Assembly (NCBI RefSeq): GCF_018350175.1
Contig: NC_058379.1
Coordinates: forward strand, 89,156,001 to 89,220,000
DNA: 64,000 nucleotides
Source of the DNA: Felis catus
Lineage: Eukaryota
Direction: 5' to 3'
Every line of letters begins with the position of its first letter. The first letter of the stretch is position 1. The notes under the pieces were generated by a model, which did no database searches, was not told the origin of the DNA, and saw only the letters and a program-made list of their open reading frames with translations. Made by a program: the position numbers and the translations under genes. Shown in pieces: positions 13,704 through 26,478 of this stretch.

Positions 13704-15099
13704 AAGAAATGACCATGTCCTTTAAAGGGCACACATTTATGATTACAAATATACAATGCAAAGAGGTTCTTCAAGGAATAATTCTACAGAGATTATAAAC
13801 TAAGAAATGATGCACTAGAAAAAGTCCTGGGTACCTTCAGAAACTGACATTTAGACCTGGATCTCATGTATCTATGTACCTGTCCTTATACATAGGAGTT
13901 TATTCTCTTCCTTCCCACATTCTGATATATAACATGCCTGTACTAATATTTGCAAATTAATATTTTCAAAAATCTTGTGAGGAGCAAAAGCCCATAAGGA
14001 CATTCAACAACATATAAATCATGATTCAAGGATAATATATTATTTTGAATCACTCTATAAAACGACAAAACATTTATTGTTAATGTGGTTTAGGCTTATG
14101 TGACAGCAGAGAAGACCAGATTGTGTAGCCCTCTTTAAGCAAAGTACTGAGCATTAGTTTTAAAGCTTCACAGAATGTCAAGTTTAGACATTATTTCATT
14201 AAAGTAGAAGTTCTAGGAGGGCCCGTTCTGAAGTTCTTACTTTGTCTTCATAAAGAAAACTGATGGGTTTAGCCCCAACTGTAATATGAAAAGTTCTACA
14301 TTCATTTATTTTTGCCAGTAAGTGGTGCTTTCATTTCGGGAAGTTCCCGAAGTACTTTACATGCACTTGTCGGTCTTGTTGCTGGATGCATTCTCTGGTT
14401 TAGATCCCCAACCATCATTTGTTCTGTGGTGGATAATAGATAGGGAGAGAGACTGATTACAAAGTTGTAATTCAATCTGTACATCGTGATGGTGTTTATG
14501 ACATTATCAGTATCTTGAGATTAAATTAACAGCTTGCAATCCATTTTCCCCATCTTTGCCCATTTGTTTTCCTAATATACAAGAAAAAAAAACCCAAAGT
14601 TTCATAAGCACATACTAAAATATAAAGAAAGAAATACATTCGAAACTTTCTGAAGTGATGCAGTGTTGTTATGGGTAATTAAGCCACTTTTTTCTTTAAG
14701 GAAACAAACTGATAAATGAGTGGAACACACACATAAAAACACTAGAACAGTCATTAGGGAGATTTACTCTCATTAAATTTTTAAGCTCTATTGGACAGTA
14801 CTAAGACATATACCAGTAATAACTTTAACAACTCAGCGTAGCTTTCTCTGCACAGGAGTGAAACCGGTGGTCACCAGTCCTTTGGAGTTTCTGCAAATGT
14901 GTGGCCCCACATTTGCACCCTGAGCATCTAGAATCATGGAGGCACCATACATCTCCCCTTGGTCCTTCAGTGCTCATTTGCATCTGAGGAGGCTGAGGCC
15001 AAGAACAGTTGAGGAAATTGTACAAGATTCTCTTATATCTTCTAGTCATTCTGTTACTGTGTGTAGACTAACCTGGCTGATGTCAATAGTCTTTGGTAG

Positions 15100-15250
15100 A
15101 ACAGCATTCCTCAAAATTTAATGTGCATGAGAATGATCACAGGTCTTTTTTCAACATAGATCCCACTTCCAGAGAGGGGCTCAGGACTCTGTATATTTAA
15201 CAAGCACATTAGCCAGTGATTCCAACCTGCTGTGGTTTGAAAAACCTGAC
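15100..15250. mobile_element. hAT-Charlie relic (MER5A-like)
   Basis: CTCAAAATTTAATGTGCATGAGAAT…GGGCTCAGGA-TCTGTATATTTAACAAGC…GTGATTC…TTTGAAAA. Confidence 0.6.
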
Positions 15251-16847
15251 TCTGGAAGTAGAGCACTTAATCTCAGTATCACACCGGAAGGGTTGAGTTA
15301 GTTCTGAAGCCTCTCCCCATTAGCAACTGAAAAAGTATGATACAGGGTGATGTTTAAAACATACCTGTCTTCCGAATCTAAGTATTGTTTTTTGAAGTGT
15401 TCAATGCTGTTTCTAAAGATGAAAAATTGTTTCTCTTTTGCTGAATCAAATACATTTAAATAACTGACTTATTTTGCCTACTCTTTGGAAATGTGTCTTC
15501 AGGTTCACGTTTGATGTTACAACTATGTTCATATCTGGCTTTGCTTGAATTTCTTTTTATCATTTGAAATTAAAAAATGGAATCATCTTTTTATCTTTGT
15601 ATTTAAATTATATCTTTTTATTTGCTGCTAATAGAGTCTGGCTGCATTTAAAACTCCTTGTCCATTGGCAGTTTTCTATCAGGGTAAGTTTATTAGACTG
15701 ATTTCTAAGTGAAATCTCTCACAAGTAGGTACATTGAATGCTGATTATGTTCTCATTCTGTGTTACATTCTCAGGGTGAGCCCCAAAAGATATGTAAAAA
15801 TATGTACCCGACCTTGCCTCAATTATCTAGAAATGAAGGAACAACAGGGTAAGCTCTAGAATGCCCTGACAGAACAAGTACAAGAACAAGAGGCAGAAAA
15901 AAATGGGACTTAACAGTAATCAAAATACAGGCTAAGATGAAGTGGCCATCAGAATGTTGTCAGCAGTGGAAACTGAGCACTGCTTCCGTTATTAAGAAGG
16001 AAAACAGAGAGGAAGGCAACAGGACCAGGGATATGTTCCCGTACAGAGGGAAAAGTTATTCGAATCTCCATGCCCCAAAAGAAATAAATAAATTTCAAAA
16101 CACAAGAGTCTATGACCAAGCAATAGAGACGTTTAAAACGTAGCAAAAGAGATCTGTTCCCAACTTACCAGCACACCCATCCCTCAAAGTCTTCTACTCT
16201 TCTAAGAGAGGAATTACAAATGTTTTCATTAAAAGCAGTGCGTGGGAGTTCTCTTTCCTAATAGGTTTATGCGACAGTCATTACCAACAAAGAGCTAACA
16301 TCTTAAGAAATCTGTAGGTTAACATCTTCCAGTTAGGATTCCTTTAGTTACTTGCGACAGAATATAGCTGAAGCTAAAATGGACACCAAATCAAAGGGGG
16401 TATTGCAAGAAGATAGAAGAAGCGTTTCACTGAACCCCAAGGTAGGAAAGCTGCTGGGATTCAGGAAGAAGCCAGAAACAGATTCTCAGTTCCTCATCTC
16501 ATCTCCACATTGTCCCTCTACCCACTTACGCTGGCTGCCCTCATGTATCTAGCTTCCATGATGGGAAGGATGGCTCCCTAGCCCTCCTGAATTTACATAT
16601 TGCAAGTCCAAGTTCCTGGAGAGATGTATTCCAGGGAGGTATTTCTAACTCGTTCTAAATATCCAGGGAGGTATTTCTAACTGGCCCAGCATTGATCCAA
16701 TCTGCTCATAGACCCAATCCAATATAGAAAGGAGATCTTGCTATTATAGTAATATACCTCTGAGACCATGTAAATGAAGGGTGGGAAAGTTCCCCCAAAA
16801 TCTGGACTTTGGGGAAACAGTTATCAGAAAACCCCATTTTCCCCCTA

Positions 16848-16850
<3 letters not shown>

Positions 16851-16906
<56 letters not shown>
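16851..16906. repeat. Compound (TC)n(CA)n microsatellite
   Basis: Read directly. Confidence 0.95.
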
Positions 16907-16907
<1 letters not shown>

Positions 16908-17835
16908 TTGTCCCAAATATTGCTTCCATATAATTATTACCCAAACACACATAGCTTCAAAGAGAGGCAATACAAAAGCATATTTGATTGGTTTATCTGC
17001 AGGGAATATGACTTCAAAATCCCCAGGTGTATCTCCATTGAGGTGAGATTCTTTACGTTCTTATACTCTATAGAATAAATGATGCTGTAACCACTTCAAA
17101 CACACATGGTAAATAATGGTAGGAGGAAAGTGGTATAAATGTAATAAAATTTCCAACATAAAGAAAGGGGGAAAGGAAAGCACCATATATTGTTTTCCAG
17201 ATCATAGTATATTGGGTTCTGTGCTAAACAAGCTAATCTCATGCACATTTATTTATTAACTTCCTTGATGTCTTGGTTATCCAATCCGCCGACTCCAGGT
17301 GGTAAACTTGAGAAAGATTTTTCATGTTCAATTACATTCAGAGTGACCCTTAGGAGAGGCAGTATGATCACGCCTTAGTCTGTTTCTTTTGGAAGAAGCT
17401 ACTTGGCAATAGGGCCTCCAGTAGAGTCCAAGAAATCAGGGGACATTGTTCCAGAGCCTTGAAGATTTTCTGAGAAAACAACTCCTTAGTTTGGCTGTTT
17501 GTTAACAGCATCTGTGAGGACTCTAAGTATTACCACTAATGAAAGAAGTCTTATTAAAACATTCTTGGAGCACAGTCCTAGCTATGGTGCTGGTTTCCTA
17601 GCAAATTCTTCCTTTCTTCTTGCTTTCCACTTGAAAACCTTGGTCTCAGGAAATGGATGGAAACAATGTTAGACATGGTCAGGTTTTCTAGCAAGAGGAG
17701 TATAGTGACACCTGTGGTGTGGAGGCAATGGCCCCAAGATTTCTCTAGTTACTGCTAATAACATTTGCTCCATGTCTTAGATTCTTATATTTCTTAATCT
17801 TAAAGCAAATTTTGTTTTAAGAATGGAGGGCTCCA

Positions 17836-18118
17836 GGGGCGCCTGGGTGGCACAGTCGGTTAAGCGTCCGACTTCAGCCAGGTCACGATCTCGCGGTCCG
17901 TGAGTTCGAGCCCCGCGTCAGGCTCTGGGCTGATGGCTCAGAGCCTGGAGCCTGTTTCCGATTCTGTGTCTCCCTCTCTCTCTGCCCCTCCCCCGTTCAT
18001 GCTCTGTCTCTCTCTGTCCCCAAAATAAAAATAAACGTTGAAAAAAAAAATAAATTGTCAGAAAATAATTTTGCCATCTCTGAGCCTTTCTGTTTACATT
18101 AAAAAAAAAAAAAAAAAA
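17836..18118 (+). mobile_element. Young felid CanSINE with 50 bp of extra 3' sequence and a second poly(A)
   Basis: Body 17836-18040, A10 at 18041-18050, unique sequence 18051-18100, A20 at 18101-18120; TSD AAGAATGGAGGGCTCCAG at 17819-17836 and 18119-18136. Confidence 0.95.
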
Positions 18119-19359
18119 AAGAATGGAGGGCTCCAGAAAATCCATATTCTGCAGATAAACAAGATGCATGATTGTACATAACCAAATTGCCCAAGGACCC
18201 TCATGTTCGGGAGAATAGGCAAAATTCCCTTAATTGATTAACAATTTATTCGGCATCTTGGATTGGATTTTGTCTGTCATTAATAACACCTTACCAAGTG
18301 ATGTAAGCTGCAGCCAACACACTGATATTTTCACATTTTAGTTTTTAGTTGACCATGGCTTCAGTTTGTGTAGATTTGTAATCTGCCTAAAGAGAATAGG
18401 AAAGAAATGAATCAACCTTTTCACCACATACTAACACGCTCCACCCTCCCATCTTAGGATGGCAAGATGTTTTTTTTTATCATAACCTACCCCAACTTGA
18501 ATTAATCAGAGCCACATTTGTCGAAGGAGCTAATCTTTCAACCCAGAGCAGGATATGGATGATAATGCCAGATGACAAGTGGGAACTCCAGCTCTACCTT
18601 TTCATCTTGGGCAGATAACCTACCTATGCACAGTCACCTCCTTGGTAAACTCTAGATAATAATAATATCTGCTTGTACTATTGTCATGAGAATTAATGTA
18701 GTTAATGTACATAGAGTCCCTGCTGTATAGTAATTGCTATAAGATTTAGCCTCTACCCCCTGACTGAGATTCTGGTACAGTGGTAGCATGAAGGACAATC
18801 TCACCTCTTCTGTGTGACCTCCCTTCATGTTTGGAGACTGCTGTCATGTAACCCGCCCCCCCCCCCCCCCCGCCGAGTCTTTTCTTCTGCAAGCACAGCA
18901 CCCATGGTCTTCCAACGGATCCTCAAGTGGCATGGCCCTGAGACCTAATCTGAGTTAGTCTGTTGCTGCTCATGTCTGTACTTTGTAAATCAACTTTGAA
19001 GTACAGCTTGATGCAATGTGAAAATTACAGAGCTGGATAAAATCATTAGCTTACCACTTCATCTTAAAATGCTATTGCATAACTATGTATTTCATAAGTT
19101 GAAATGGAAATACTCTAGAGAATTAGTTGAGGAAATGTTGGCTAGTGGCGAAGGCAGAGAACTGGGTCCGGACTCAGCCTTTTAAATTCAGACACTGAAT
19201 TTACCAGGTGTATGACCTTGGGCAATTTGCTCATGTAGAAAATGAGAGGACGATAAACTCCATTGTTACTTCAAAAATGTAAATAGGGAAAATACCATCT
19301 TTCCTTCACAATTGCTGAAAAGATTCAAGGCAGCATACCTCTCTTCCTTAACTCATCAC

Positions 19360-19570
19360 AAGACACTCTATATAACACTCTATTTTCTCAATAATATTCA
19401 TCACCATATGATTTTACTGAATTCAATTATTTGTCTCATTAAATGATTATTCCTCCACCCCACTAGAGATCATTTTTCTCCAGAAGGACAAGGACCTCAT
19501 CGATCTTTATCACCACTAAATTTCCAACGCCCGACACGCAGTAGGTGCCCAATAAATGTGTGTTGACCAC
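19360..19570 (+). mobile_element. L2 3' end
   Basis: CCCCACTAGA…CTCCAGAAGGACAAGGACC…CACCACT…GCCCGACACGCAGTAGGTGCCCAATAAATGTGTGTTGA. Confidence 0.75.
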
Positions 19571-19789
19571 AGGAATATTTGGCACATGATAGACACACAA
19601 TAAATGGTAAGTCTTTTTTGGATGAGGTTATGGAAGCACAGAAAATATCTGTTAAAAATGTCTCATAGGAATTAATCAAAAGTTCTACAGAAAATTACGC
19701 AGACATTGCAAATGTGTAAGATAGATATGCTTAAGCGCTTGGTAGCTAAGGTTTTGCAGAGGGTGATTTCGAATGCTAATTATTCCACA

Positions 19790-20160
19790 AAATCTGTTCT
19801 TTATTTCTCTCTCTTAGGGAGTGAGTCCTGATGTTTAGCTGAACACAGGACTTCAAAATAAACCCTCTATTTTCTAGCTCCCTTTGCAGCTCTATGTACA
19901 GGGCCACATGATGCAGTTCTGACTGATGGGATGTAATGAGGAAAGTGATGTGTAGGAATTCTTGGATGTGTGGCCTTGTCGGTACCCTTTTTTTCTCGAT
20001 GAAAACTGGAATGGGGGCATGTGATGAGCCATCCTGAGTCATGTGGATAAGAGTGACACACGAGGGTGGAACAGCAAGAGACAAACAGCTTAGACTCCCA
20101 ACTCCTGACAGCTTCGTAGAGCTGAGCCACCACACCAGCTTGAGAAATAACCATCTTTCT
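19790..20160 (+). mobile_element. Old MaLR LTR (MLT1J-like)
   Basis: TATTTTCTAGCTCCCTTTGCAGCT…GGCCACATGA…AGTTCTG…GGGATGTAA…GGAAAGTGATGTG…AGCCATCCTGAGTCATG. Confidence 0.6.
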
Positions 20161-20414
20161 TTCTCTTCAAAATAATTATTTGTGGTCTCCATCATATTCA
20201 GAGAAATGTACATCCTGAATATAAATGCACACCATCAGTGCTTTAAATATAGATCGTTGCCCTTTGGCTTATAATTACAGCTTCTAAAAACAGGGTTGAT
20301 GGTAAATTGTTTGTCAACCTTATATGACTACTTTCTCTTTCTGTTAAATATACCCTGATTATCTTCTGTGAAGACAGGAATTAGAGGATTTTTCTTAAGA
20401 GTGGATATATAGTG

Positions 20415-20622
20415 GGGGCACCTGGGTGGCTCATTGGGTTGGGCATCCGACTTAGGCTCAGGTTTGATCTCCCCATTTGTGAGTTCAAGTCCCACGTCAT
20501 ACTCTGTGCTGACAGCTCAGAGCCTGGAGCCCACTTCAGATTCTGTCTCCCTCTCTCTCTGCCCCTCCTGCACTCACTCTCTCTCTCTCTCTCTCTCTCA
20601 AAAGTAAATAAACATTAAAAAG
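20415..20622 (+). mobile_element. CanSINE inserted at the 5' edge of an MLT1 LTR
   Basis: Diverged body; TSD AAGAGTGGATATATAGTGGG at 20397-20416 and 20623-20642. Confidence 0.93.
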
Positions 20623-20633
20623 AAGAGTGGATA

Positions 20634-21080
20634 TATAGTGGGTTCAATAGTATTCCCCAAAATTCACATCCACTCAGAACCTCAGAATGTAACGTTATTT
20701 GGAAATAGGGTCTTTGCAAGTATAATTAGTTAAAGATCTCACAATGAAATCAACCTGGATTTAGGGCAGGTACTAAATCCAAAGACTAATGTCCTTCTTA
20801 GAGACAGGAGAAGGAGATGTACCCACACAGATACACTGGAAAGAAAGGCCATGTGAAGACAGAGGCAAAGATTGGAAGGATGCTGCCATGAGTTAAGGAG
20901 CCACCAGAAGCTGGAAGAAGCCAGGGGGCGTTTTCCCCTAGATCCTTCAGAAGAAGGATGGCCTGCCACCACCTTGATTGTGGACTTCTGATTTCCAGAA
21001 CTAGGAAAGAATAAATATATGTTGTTTTAAGTCACCAAACTTGGGATTCTTTATTATGGTATACCCAGGAAACTTAATAG
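20634..21080 (+). mobile_element. MaLR solo LTR (MLT1C-like)
   Basis: CCCCAAAATTCACATCCAC…GAACCTCAGAATGT…TTATTTGGAAATAGGGTCTTTGCA…GGCCATGTGAAGACAGAGGCA…GAATAAAT…TGTTTTAAGTCACCA. Confidence 0.9.
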
Positions 21081-22519
21081 AAGTTACACTAGATTTTTGA
21101 TGGCCTCTTTAGCCCTAGACCTCCAGCTCGCCAGTGGGCCCCAGCAAAGAAAAAAAAAATGAATGGCACACTCAAAGGGTTTAACTGAAAGAAGTTAAGA
21201 TTAGGAGAATGAGCAAGGGCCCGTGACGCACTGGCAACAGAGAAACCATGCCACCCCTAAGATTGGAGACGTAGGGACCATGTGCATTTCTGGAGGAACC
21301 GTCAAAGAGTTAATGTAGCAGTCAGCCTCTGGAGACACAGAGCAGGACAGTCAGGGGCAGAGAACGTTATCTGGGCATGGTTGCAAACAGACAATAAGAG
21401 GCAGAGCTCCCATGACTCGATTTGGCAAAACATGCAGCCATTCAAGAGGATAAACTGGATAGTGAACCCCTCGAGGGAGAAGATATTTAGTCATCTTTGC
21501 AACCCCAGGTTTTACCATGAAGCTTGCCAAACAAGAGGCATCGTGAATCTACTTACACAGACGATCCAGCTCTAGTTGTAACACTATCGATGCCAATTAT
21601 AATTTCTCGAAGTCGGAATTTATGTCATCTCAAATTTTGTAGACTCAACAGTAGGTTATTAGGCACACAGTGTACGAAATGTGACGGCCAAGTAAATAGA
21701 TTTATTATCCGCGTGAGGAATACTTGATAGTCCCGGTGTGTGCAGTAGGTAAAACTGAATGCATGGCTGAATAAATAGAGATTTCCCAGAGTTGTGCTAC
21801 AATCTCCTGCAGGTGCTACCAAGACACCAAGTCCAGCATGCCTGTGGCCAAGCTGATCTGCTTGAAGAATGCTCTGTATTTTCCTAAAAGAACTGTTTTC
21901 AAAGCACAGAGATACATTATGCATGCACAATTTTAGTGACCCAGACTATGAATTTTTCAACAAAATATGATGAAATGGGCACGAGCCCTGCCAAAGGGGA
22001 AATCCCTTATCATGCTATACCTTGCACCTGAGAAATAATTTAGCTCTGTTTTCAAGCGACTTCTCCTTCCAGATGGTCAGTGGAGCGATACGTGCTCTGT
22101 AGGTTTAGATGGAGAGAATACTAATAGAATGTATCACACATAGAATTTGAGTGGAAAATAACCCGTGAAGAGAAATTTAGGGGGAAATGAATTAGAAAAT
22201 TGGTCAAACGTTGAAAGGAAGAAAGAGCACATCACTCATTTCATAAGATTGTTAAAGAATAAAAATCAAAGTCATCAGATGGATTCAGACGTGTCTCCTT
22301 AAGCCCTCATGTTCTAGACAATGAGGAAATAATGGCAATATTTAAAAGTAGCTTCTCCTTGCTCCCCCGGGCAGTTCATCATAATGGGCCCAGGACAATT
22401 AGAGCAGAACGGTTAGCAAAAACCCCTACAGCTCAATAGCTTACTGAGAAGCTCTGTGGTTGCGAAAGAATACTGAATTTGAGGAGGCCTCTGACTAATT
22501 CCTACGATCAGGTCGTTCT

Positions 22520-23230
22520 TTGAGTCAGCAAACATTTACTGGGTATCCACTTGGATGCTAAGCACGGTGACAAGTGGAGAGGGTGAAATCGAATGCACAG
22601 TTCCTGCATTCCTGTGGAAGATCTCTAGTGTGAATGAAAAGGATAAATGAGAACATGTATTAAATGCAGTTTACATGTTATAACAACATCTTCAGGGTGA
22701 TATATAAATAGAGAAGCTTAACTCAGCTTCAGGAAACTTAGCTATGCTTCCAAGAAGAGGTGACACCGAACGTGGATGCATAGATTTGTGGAGGTTGAGC
22801 AGATTGCTGCGGGAAGGAGGATACATCTGGTGAGGGAATTAGCATGAATAAGGAGGAGGAGGCAAGAAAGGGCATGGTGCGTAAAGGCAGCTCCGACAGG
22901 TGTATTAGGCTGTGGTGAGAGGGCGTGGCCGTGGTAAGGGGCGTGGCCATAGTCTGGGGCGTGGTTGTGGCGAGGGGCGTGGCTGTGGCCACGGGGTGTC
23001 ATAGTAGTCAAAGGTATCCCTTGATGAAGGGCAGGGAGGTGATGAGGGGGCTTGGCTGAGGTGAGGGCATGACTGAAGTTAGGATGCAGCTGTGGTAAGA
23101 GGTGTGGCCTTAGTTGAAGATATGGTTTGAGGGGCGTGGCTGTGGTTGTGGGCGTGGCTTGAGGGAGGATGGCTGGGCTGAGGGGCGTGGTTATAGTGAG
23201 TCGGTGAGGCTACTAAGTGAAAAGGCTGTT
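22520..23230 (-). mobile_element. L2 relic interrupted by a G-rich minisatellite
   Basis: TCAGCAAACATTTACTGGG (L2 3' end, reverse strand)…GCTTCCAAGAAGAGGTGACA…GAGGGAATTAGCATGAATAA. Confidence 0.6.
22910..23192 (+). repeat. Degenerate 18-bp minisatellite with a GGGCGTGG core
   Basis: GGGCGTGG starts at 22921, 22939, 22957, 22975, 23132, 23150 and 23183. Confidence 0.9.
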
Positions 23231-26200
23231 CCTAGAGGGTGAAAGAACCCGAGGCTAACAGTGGATGGCATCTGAAATATGTAATGGAATGTCTGAAATA
23301 GATGAAATCTAACCAAAGAGGGGAAAGCCCTCCGAGGGCGGTGGAGTGAGCCTGGAACTTTGTAGGTTGGCAGAATCTCTCCAGCCACAGCGTAACACAC
23401 GAATTGAAACAGAAGGATGGGAGGGAAAGGAAAGAAATTGGGACGCTAGTGAATGATCCAGGAAAGGGACGGAACAGCTGGAACTAAAACAGGAACAGCA
23501 GGGATGCAAGGGAGATGATAGGTCACCTAACATCATCCAAGCCTGGCCTGCCTCCACTGCCTCAGGAACCCCTCCCAGGGCCAACATGTGCTTCTTTTTC
23601 ATGTCTCAAGAGTCCCACTTCTGGAATACTTAGCCCCATTACACTGCACTTGCATAAATTATGAATCCTCAAAATCTCTCCCATTACATCTCTCGTTTGA
23701 CTTTGTCAAGACTACCTCTTTGCCTGTCTCCAGATCCCTTTCTCTGGGGTTCCTGTCACTGTGCCCCCAGGGCTGCCATGGTGCACCTTCAGTGCCCTCC
23801 TAGCAACCTCTCAGCATGAGGCCCCACATCAGCCCAGGGGACTCACCTTCTCCCATCAAACACCAAAGGGGATGTGTCCCGTTGGAGAAAGCCATCGTTA
23901 AACCTGTCTCCTGACTTCCAAGGCCTGCATAGACACCTACCTCCTGAGACCTCCACCTCCAATCCACTGTACCCCAATATTAGTTCAATAGCTCCATCAA
24001 CACCCCTCCCAAAGCTTCATCTTGGTGAGTAGTCACCCAAGTCAGGAGGCCAGGGACCAAGCTCAAGTCTTTCCTTCCTCTTGCTTCCTATATTGGCTTG
24101 GTTATTAAGTCTTGTTGAAGACTGAAGATTAAAGGAATTGGTGCTTTATTTTTTCATTAGTTTGTCTGTGAAAGTAGGTTTTCAATATCAACTTCTAGGA
24201 GAAAAGGAGCAGGCGTTAGCGTAATTGGGAAGTTCATTTAAATTCAAAAGGTCATTCTTTAGCTATAAAACAAGAAGATGGAAGTAAAATGATCTCTAAG
24301 ATTCTCTTCAGTTTAGATATATTATAATTAATGATCCCTGTGTGCAATCATTTCAAAACATATATTTTCAGGTATATTTTTTCTAAAAATACATCTCTTC
24401 AAGGTTTTACACCACAGATGCCTCATTATCCAAATCTCTCCACACTTAAAATTCAATCCCACATTCTGTCATAAAGAAATTATGTTTGATTAAGTTTTCT
24501 GAATCCATAAATATATGTTAAAAAATACAGAAGAGGGTAAAAATATAAACCTGAACTTCCAAGCTAAAATATGCCCAAATAAAAAGTACTTAGCAATAGG
24601 AATAAGACAAAGCAAAAATAAACTGACTGAATTAAGACAGATGTATGGGAATTACCACATTTGTGTGAAATAAAATACGATAATGAAAAATATTCTGAAA
24701 GTTGTTTTTTTTTAACTTAGGTTAAATGAAACCCATAATTTCTTGCACAATGACTTTCTCATGACTAAATTGTATTGAGTGGTGACTCATAGGTAGGACT
24801 GAAAAGTTAATCAAAAAGCCTTAAGTTATATTCTACACAACGACTTCCGGAATGTGATTATTTGCTCATTAGGTAATGTCCTTTTCAGCAATGATGTCCA
24901 CATGCGCATAGTTTACATAAAGAAGAGCCATGTTTTCGAAGGCAGAATACAATTTGCATCGTAAGTTAGATGTGTGTACATAGACTTAAAAATCACTTCA
25001 TGAATTTCAAGCTCTCCAATACATTTCTATTTTTCCTTAACGCTGCTCACATAGATTTATTCCCAATTTTCAGGTTGGCTGTAATCAGAAACTCAAAGTG
25101 CGGAATCCCGTGGCTCCTGAATCATGGACCGCTCCTCTGTGAAAATGTGATGCCGATACTTATCCCTTAGAGTTATTCTGAATTCTCAGGATTACTCTGA
25201 AGACTAAACAATACAGTGGGTGCAAAGTTCTCACCACTGGCCTGGAGTAGAAAACTAATTCAAGCAACTGTAGCTATGACAGTGGGGAGGTGGTGTCATG
25301 CAACCAGATGGTGACAGGCAGGACAATAAAGCAGGGAATGGAGGGGGAGTGGAGGAAGAGGGGGAGGAAGGCCAGGAAGGGAGGAGGGGAGGAGGAGAAG
25401 GGAGAAAAGAGGGAGGGAGAGAGTCTCATTTACCGCTAGATTAGCGAGCTAGCTGTTCCCTAGAGCCATGAATCCCTAGAGGAATCCAGGGTGTAGTGAA
25501 AATAACCAAGTTTGTAAGTGAAGGGAAAACACTGATATTAATATAAATGAAAAGTGTGACTTGTCGACAAAAAGAAAAAAATGCTTCATCAAGTGAAATC
25601 GTCCTGAGACTAATCGATCAGTTAATCTTCTGAGTCGCAAGACAAAACATACACAAGCTATTATTTCAGGCTCTTTAGAAAGCTAAGCCGTAGGTACTTG
25701 TTATTAAGACACACGGCTGGTCAAAGGAACAAATAATATATGTGTGCCCTTGGAGGCTTAAAAATAGCTGCAGCCCGAGCAAAGCCCTTGGATGACAGGA
25801 AGAAAATGAAGTTACATTTTTCACACCTTCTGATTAACTTTCAATGCCTCCCGAGCAGCAATGACTAGAAACCAAGAATGCCGCATTGAGCTAAATATTT
25901 ATAAATAAAAACTAATCATTGTGAGAGGACACATATCAAAGCCAGCTATGAAAAGGGTTTCTGTATCCCTGCTACAGCCTAACGCAGTACATTCAACAAA
26001 AGATTAGACAGTAATAATGGGAACGAATTCTTTTTAAGATATCACTCCTGTAGACAAGAACGACTCCTTAGTTTGGTGCTTGCGCTGTGCGTGTGTGGGA
26101 CTGTGTGGTATGTGTGGAGTGGGGGGGGGGTGAGTATCTGGAGTGTAACTTCAATGTCACAATACTAAGCGTCAGATTGTTTGGATTCAAACCCCGTAAT

Positions 26201-26442
26201 TCCGTAGCTGGAGAGCTGTGAAAATCAACTCCTTTGAACTCAAGTGACTTTTAGTCCAATTGGGATAGCAATAAAGCCTACCTGACAAAAATTTTAGGCA
26301 TGTCTGCCATATATTAGGCATTCCACAAATGATAATTTTAAGATTATTTGTACTTACACCTGTTTAATAAAGACACACTCTTAACTCATGAATTATATCA
26401 TAAATGTTCGACTCAACAGAAGAAAATGCAAGAAGAGAATAA

Positions 26443-26446
<4 letters not shown>

Positions 26447-26475
<29 letters not shown>
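26447..26475. repeat. (CA)n microsatellite
   Basis: Read directly. Confidence 0.95.

Positions 26476-26478
<3 letters not shown>

Noticed and set aside
22738-23011. ATP/GHAP-repeat ORFs on the minus strand
   Set aside because: Produced by the 18-bp minisatellite; no ATG start or splice context.
22910-23192. CRISPR-like reading of repeated cores with variable spacers
   Set aside because: Mammalian DNA, 8-10-bp cores with about 10-bp spacers, and no cas genes.
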